NCBI RefSeq assembly: GCF_003324675.1
Contig: NZ_CP030918.1
Coordinates: 2,730,001 to 2,762,000 of the forward strand
DNA: 32,000 nt
Reading direction: 5' to 3'
From: Paracoccus suum
GTDB lineage: Bacteria; Pseudomonadota; Alphaproteobacteria; Rhodobacterales; Rhodobacteraceae
Positions 31,175-32,000 of the stretch are shown here, one piece after another; position 1 is the stretch's first letter; every line of letters starts with the position of its first letter. The notes below the pieces were generated by a model. The model saw only the letters and a list, made by a program, of their open reading frames with translations. It was not told the DNA's origin and searched no databases. The position numbers and the translations under genes are program-made.

Positions 31175-32000
31175 GTGAAGGGTGGGATCGTTGCCTGCGA
31201 TGTCGGCAAGCGCTTCGGACGGACGCTGGCGCTCGACAAGGTATCCCTGACCGTCCAACCCGGTCAGTTGTTCGCGCTTCTCGGGCCCAACGGCGCGGGC
31301 AAGACTACCCTTGTGCGGATTCTTACTACCCTGCTGCGGGCCGACAGCGGCACTGTTCTGGTGGACGGCAAGGATGTCGTGAAGCAGGCACAAGCCGCAC
31401 GCGCCAGCATCGGAGTGGTTTTTCAGGAGCCGAGCCTTGATGACCGGCTGACGGTGGGCGAGAACCTAGATTTCCACGGCCGGGTATATGGCGTTCCGGG
31501 ACCGCTGCGTCGCAAGCGCATCCACCAGATGCTGGATTTGGTCGAGTTGACCGATCAGCACGATCGACTGGTGCGCACGCTGTCCTCTGGCATGAAACGC
31601 CGCGTCGAGATTGCCCGAGCGCTGATCCACGACACGGCCATCCTGTTCATGGACGAGCCGACGGTGGGGCTCGACGTCCAGAGCCGCGCGCGGATCTGGG
31701 ACTATATCGCGCGCCTGCGTGACGAGCGTGACCTGACAGTGGTGGTGACCACCCACTACATTGAAGAGGTCGCGGGCTGCGACCGCGTTTGTATCATCGA
31801 CCAGGGCAAGGTTCTCGCCGCCGACACGCCCGCGGCTTTGCGGCGCAGGTACGGACAAGTTCTTTTGCGGGTCACACCGCGTGACGAGGAGACCCGGGCC
31901 CAGATCCTTGCCCTGGTCCCCGACGCCGCCCTGGATTCCCAAGGCTCGATCATCCTACCTGTCCCCGAGGAAGGTTTCGTCGACCGCTTTCTGGCGCGGT
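31175..32000 (+). CDS. ABC transporter ATP-binding protein (ABC-2/DrrA-like), 3'-truncated by the window edge
   Basis: Not in the ORF track because no stop occurs before the window end. My translation from GTG 31175 is MKGGIVACDVGKRFGRTLALDKVSLTVQPGQLFALLGPNGAGKTTLVRIL... It carries Walker A GPNGAGKTT, signature LSSGMKRRVEIARAL and Walker B ILFMDEPTVGLD. The start codon is uncertain (weak SD). Confidence 0.85.
   Translation, partial: MKGGIVACDVGKRFGRTLALDKVSLTVQPGQLFALLGPNGAGKTTLVRILTTLLRADSGTVLVDGKDVVKQAQAARASIGVVFQEPSLDDRLTVGENLDFHGRVYGVPGPLRRKRIHQMLDLVELTDQHDRLVRTLSSGMKRRVEIARALIHDTAILFMDEPTVGLDVQSRARIWDYIARLRDERDLTVVVTTHYIEEVAGCDRVCIIDQGKVLAADTPAALRRRYGQVLLRVTPRDEETRAQILALVPDAALDSQGSIILPVPEEGFVDRFLAR

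Noticed and set aside
1-32000. Search for CRISPR arrays, IS elements/transposases, integrases, tRNA/rRNA genes, toxin-antitoxin or defence-system genes
   Set aside because: I recognised no repeat-spacer periodicity, no DDE/tyrosine-recombinase-like ORFs, no tRNA-like cloverleaf candidates in the intergenic regions and no nuclease/ATPase defence signatures. The window is metabolic and respiratory in content.

Overview
High-GC (about 65%) densely coding segment that looks alphaproteobacterial (Rhodobacterales-like gene content). I saw no rRNA, tRNA, CRISPR array or transposase. There are five functional blocks. (1) 71-2625 (-) is a three-gene predicted periplasmic module: a Tat-signal FAD amine/L-amino-acid oxidase-family flavoprotein, a monoheme cytochrome c and a signal-peptide-bearing RidA. 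(2) 3161-17567 is a large catabolic supercluster in four transcription units. It holds a NitT/TauT-type ABC importer with two paralogous binding proteins, a TPP-dependent decarboxylase-like enzyme, two aldehyde dehydrogenases (one GabD-like), a class A FAD monooxygenase, an amidohydrolase, an amidase, an AA_synth-family protein, a tandem EthD-like protein and a GntR/FadR regulator. A recurring TGTATGAC(A/G) operator-like motif sits in all three of its promoter regions. (3) 17947-19611 (-) is a membrane-anchored FMN glutamate-synthase-domain protein. (4) 19807-27663 (+) is a non-canonical cbb3 oxidase locus: fnrL, a perfect FNR box, then translationally coupled ccoI-ccoS-ccoN-ccoO-ccoQ-ccoP, a 66-aa CcoH-like mini-ORF and a DUF2189-like membrane protein. 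No ccoG or full-length ccoH is present in the window. (5) 27727-32000 is a PQQ-dehydrogenase system: a divergent cytochrome c, a PQQ dehydrogenase with an atypical active-site signature, a MoxJ-like periplasmic protein and an ABC ATPase truncated at the window edge. A decayed 3' fragment resembling a Kdo transferase (waaA) gene at about 2885-3121 suggests a rearrangement junction. The most novel candidates are the periplasmic flavoprotein/cytochrome c/RidA trio, the uncharacterised GntR-controlled catabolic cluster and the divergent PQQ dehydrogenase. All family assignments come from motif recognition by eye and recalled family signatures. None has been checked by database search.
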